Source: Acidobacteriota bacterium
GTDB taxonomy: Bacteria > Acidobacteriota > UBA890
Length of the DNA stretch: 64,000 bases
Reading direction: 5' to 3'
Assembly (NCBI GenBank): GCA_965214245.1
Contig: CBDCBL010000009.1
Location: 210,214-274,213, forward strand
Shown: one piece after another, positions 61,399 to 64,000 of the stretch
Position numbering within the stretch: position 1 is the stretch's first letter
How the letters are laid out: every line of letters begins with the position of its first letter
Notes under the pieces: generated by a model
Told to the model about the DNA's origin: nothing
Databases searched by the model: none
Seen by the model: the letters and a program-made list of their open reading frames with translations, nothing else
Made by a program: the position numbers and the translations under genes

Positions 61399-62220
61399 TC
61401 ATGCGAGGCTTCCCGGCCGCGGCGCCACAACGGTCTGCCCGGCCGGCCGGGTGCTCTCGAAACCGAGGTCGTACGAAAGCGACTCCGCGGCGCCCCGCAC
61501 CGCTTCAGCGATGCGCCCAAGCTCGGGACGTTTGTAGGACGCCGCCAGCCCGATGAGACAGATACCACCGGCAACCTCTCCGTCGCGGCCGCGCACGGCA
61601 GCCCCAACGGCGACGATGCCGTCGATGTATTCCTCCTGGTCGAGCGCGTAGCCACGCTCGCGCACGCGGTGCAGGTCTTCTCGATAGTCGTCGGCGGAAC
61701 GCATGCTCTTGTCGGTAAACGTCGGCAGCGGGTGTTGCAGCAGCTCGTCCAGCTCGGCGGGGCTCAAGGCGGCGGCGAGAAGCTTGCCGAAAACGCCGGC
61801 ACGCAGATCGAGCCGATGGCCGATCGGCGCGCTGACATCGATAGGATCGGGGCTGTCAATCTTGGCCGCCAGGACCACGCCGTCGGGGCGGCGCAGACCC
61901 AAAAGCGCCGTCATGCGCGCCGCAGCAGACAGTTCCTCGAGGTACGGACCGGCAAGTTCCGGAAGATCCACGTAGCTGCGGCGGCGCGCGACGATTCGCG
62001 TCAGCCCCGGCCCCAGACGGTATCCCTGGGTGTCGGCGTCGCGCTCCAGCACGCCGTGGTGCACGAGGGTCGTGGCAATTTGATGGGCACTCGACTTGGG
62101 GATCTCGAGGTCTCGAGCCAGGTCCGAGATCCGTCGGCCGGCCTCGGAATCCTGCAGCGTCGCGAGCATACGCAGGGCGCGATCGACGGCGGGAACAAGC
62201 TGTGGTGCGGATCGGGGCAT
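61399..62220 (-). CDS. IclR-family transcriptional regulator
   Basis: N-terminal wHTH (ALRMLATLQDSEAGRRISDLARDLEIPKSSAHQIATTL) and C-terminal IclR effector domain. Confidence 0.8.
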   Translation of the reverse strand: MPRSAPQLVPAVDRALRMLATLQDSEAGRRISDLARDLEIPKSSAHQIATTLVHHGVLERDADTQGYRLGPGLTRIVARRRSYVDLPELAGPYLEELSAAARMTALLGLRRPDGVVLAAKIDSPDPIDVSAPIGHRLDLRAGVFGKLLAAALSPAELDELLQHPLPTFTDKSMRSADDYREDLHRVRERGYALDQEEYIDGIVAVGAAVRGRDGEVAGGICLIGLAASYKRPELGRIAEAVRGAAESLSYDLGFESTRPAGQTVVAPRPGSLA

Positions 62221-62255
62221 GTTCAGTATCCAGAACAGTGTTCAGTATACCGAAC
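62221..62255. promoter_or_regulatory. two adjacent GTTC-N8-GAAC palindromic operator-like sites immediately upstream of the iclR start codon
   Basis: GTTCAGTATCCAGAAC agt GTTCAGTATACCGAAC read directly. Confidence 0.45.
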
Positions 62256-62349
62256 GATAATGGAATGACAACCCCTTTTCCCCTACAGAAGGCGAGCCAT
62301 TTTCTGCGTGGGCGGCAGGAGATGACGGGCGCATCGGTCGGTTGACGCG

Positions 62350-63138
62350 CTAGCGACCGTCGAACTCGGGCCTGCGCTTGTCGAGGAACGCCCGGAGGCC
62401 CTCACGGAAATCGTCGCTCGCGAAGCATTCTTCCTGGGTCTCCGACTCGCGGGCGATGGCGGACTCGAGGGAGTCCTCGGCGCCGAGCCGGACGAGACGT
62501 TTGGCATGCGCGACGGCGTAGGAGGCGGCACCGAGTCGCGCAGTCTTTTCCTGTACGGCGCCGATGAAGTCGTCTGCGTCGACAATCTCGGTGATCAGTC
62601 CGGTGCGCAACGCTTCCTCTGCGTCGACGAGCTGACCGGTGAGCACCATCTCCATGGCCCGCCCGGCGCCGATCAAGCGGGGCAGCCAGAAGGTCGCACC
62701 TCAGTCGGGCACCAGGCCGAGCTTGATCCACGGGGCGGCGAAACGCACCCCCGGCGCCACAAAGCGAAGGTCGCAGGATAGTGCCAATGAGAGACCCGCA
62801 CCGGACGCCACACCGTTGACTGCCGCCACGGTCAGCCCGGGAAACGCTTGCAGCGCCAGCATCACCTCGGCACCGGCGTGCAGCAGCTTACGAAAACCGG
62901 CGTCATCACTCTCGCTGCGCAACGTGACCATGTTGTCGATGTCGCCGCCGGCACAAAAGGCCTTGCCTTCGCCGGTAACCACCACGGCGCGCACGCTGTC
63001 GTCTCCGGCCGCCGCAACGACATGCTGCAGGAGCTGCTCGCGCATGGTACCGGCCAATGCGTTGTACTTGTCGGGACGGTTGAGCGTGATCCACGCCACG
63101 GTGTCGCGAACGTCGTAGTCGACTCTGGGCTCACCCAT
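62350..63138 (-). pseudogene. enoyl-CoA hydratase/isomerase (crotonase) with an in-frame TGA (62701-62703) at a conserved position
   Basis: ORFs 62701..63138 and 62350..62676 are in the same frame: ...AAPWIKLGLVPD*GATFWLPRLIGAGRAMEMVLTG aligns with the crotonase consensus KLGLIPGxGGTQRLPRLVG...AMEMILTG. Confidence 0.7.
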
Positions 63139-63142
63139 AGCA

Positions 63143-63170
63143 GGCCGTGGTAAAAATGTGATGGGTTTGG
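63143..63170 (+). repeat. copy 3 of the dispersed ~30-nt motif
   Basis: GGCCGTGGTAAAAATGTGATGGGTTTGG between thiolase stop and crotonase start (its reverse complement abuts the crotonase ATG). Confidence 0.55.
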
Positions 63171-63180
63171 CGCGCCGGCA

Positions 63181-64000
63181 TCATGGATCCCGCTCGACGA
63201 GTAACGAAGTACCCATTCCCCCGGATACGCACAGAGTTGCAACCCCGCGGGCGGCACTCCTGCGTTCCATCTCGTGCAGCAGCGTAACCACGATCCGGGT
63301 CCCGGTGCAGCCGATCGGATGCCCCAAGGCGATGGCGCCGCCGTTGACGTTGAGCTTGTCGCGATCGAGGTGAAGGTCGCGATCGACGGCAATCACCTGG
63401 GCCGCGAAGGCCTCGTTGAGCTCGATCAGGTCGATGTCGGCAAGGTCGATATCGAGCCCTGACATCAACTGCCGCATCGCCGGCACGGGTCCGATTCCCA
63501 TGATCGCGGGATCGACACCGGCCTGAGTAGCGGCAACGACTCGCGCCATCGGCGTAACGTCGAGCCGCTCGGCTGCCTCCTCGGACAACACAATGAGCGC
63601 CGCCCCACCATCGGTGACGCCGCTGCTGTTGCCCGGGTGCACCGTGCCCCCATCCTTGAAGACGGCGCGAAGCCTGGCGAGCTGTTCCATGGTCACATCG
63701 TCACGCGGGTGCTCGTCGGTGGCGATGACCTGCGAATCGCCTTTGCGCTGCGGCACGTCAACAGGGACGATCTCGGCTTCAAACACCCTGCCGGCGCGGG
63801 CCGCTTGGGCTCGTTGCTGCGTCTCCACGGCGTAGGCGTCCTGTTCCTCGCGGCTGATGTCGTATCGCTCCGCCAGCCGCTCCGCCGTACGGCCCATCAA
63901 GTCGCCGCATAGAGGGCACAGAAAGCCGTCGCGATACTGGCCATCGACCAGCTGATCGTGGCCTAACCGGTATCCCCAGCGCGCCCCGGTGAGCAGGTAG
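63181..64000 (-). CDS. acetyl-CoA C-acyltransferase (thiolase), C-terminal ~270 aa; N-terminus beyond window end
   Basis: ...[25 protein letters not shown]..., [33 protein letters not shown] catalytic motifs; frame stays open to position 64000. Confidence 0.85.
   Translation of the reverse strand, partial: YLLTGARWGYRLGHDQLVDGQYRDGFLCPLCGDLMGRTAERLAERYDISREEQDAYAVETQQRAQAARAGRVFEAEIVPVDVPQRKGDSQVIATDEHPRDDVTMEQLARLRAVFKDGGTVHPGNSSGVTDGGAALIVLSEEAAERLDVTPMARVVAATQAGVDPAIMGIGPVPAMRQLMSGLDIDLADIDLIELNEAFAAQVIAVDRDLHLDRDKLNVNGGAIALGHPIGCTGTRIVVTLLHEMERRSAARGVATLCVSGGMGTSLLVERDP

Noticed and set aside
62698-62703. Selenocysteine or alternative genetic code as explanation for the in-frame TGA
   Set aside because: TGA is used as a normal terminator for many genes in the window (several ATGA overlaps). 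No SECIS-like hairpin is evident. Crotonases are not known selenoproteins.

Overview
High-GC (~68%) bacterial chromosomal segment carrying about 60 genes, mostly housekeeping and stress functions, with many 4-nt ATGA start/stop overlaps (operons). No rRNA, tRNA, CRISPR array, integrase or transposase was recognised. Gene order, left to right:
- 1-3.3 kb: UvrD/PcrA helicase (partial), SppA.
- 3.3-6.8 kb: acylphosphatase and a type IV pilus minor-pilin operon (pilin-like, PilX-N large protein, PilW-like). All are interrupted by single-base homopolymer frameshifts. An AT-rich island (6.84-6.97 kb) separates the operon from a divergent Wzy_C/O-antigen-ligase-family gene, a candidate pilin O-glycosylation ligase.
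- 8.5-16.2 kb: HD hydrolase, hypothetical membrane protein, RCK K+ channel, GreA, CAP-TPR protein, DUF4149-like protein, large VWA protein.
- 16.3-20.6 kb: FixCX; TusA, Fe-S-type PP-loop thiolase, Rrf2 and HNH on one strand.
- 20.6-30.2 kb: DmpA peptidase, hypothetical, ParAB, DUF151 nuclease, MiaB, TsaC, RarA, GAF-GAF-PP2C phosphatase.
- 30.7-41.7 kb: PilZ, histidine phosphatase, Lon, CbpA, ClpB, LexA, Nth, TrmI, CNNM.
- 41.7-50.1 kb: RNA-ligase-like protein, MoeA, a form-II CODH-like coxSLM operon coupled to queG, NHL protein.
- 50.1-57.4 kb: PRTase, SSF symporter, GlnA, hypothetical membrane protein, SDR, cupin, CPBP protease, small membrane protein.
- 57.4-64 kb: IclR-regulated 4-hydroxybenzoyl-CoA-reductase-like hcrCAB operon, whose FAD subunit carries an extra 4-Cys insertion; a crotonase with an in-frame TGA; thiolase (partial).
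Most notable non-genic signals: a ~30-nt motif present three times in intergenic DNA (19.45, 40.27, 63.14 kb); two near-identical 18-20 bp palindromes just downstream of parB; a 43/50-bp tandem repeat between the DUF151 nuclease and miaB; a GTTC-N7-GTTC box upstream of a LexA homolog that seems to lack the canonical Ala-Gly site and catalytic Lys; and a 460-bp intergenic region upstream of the GAF-PP2C gene. No known defence system was recognised.
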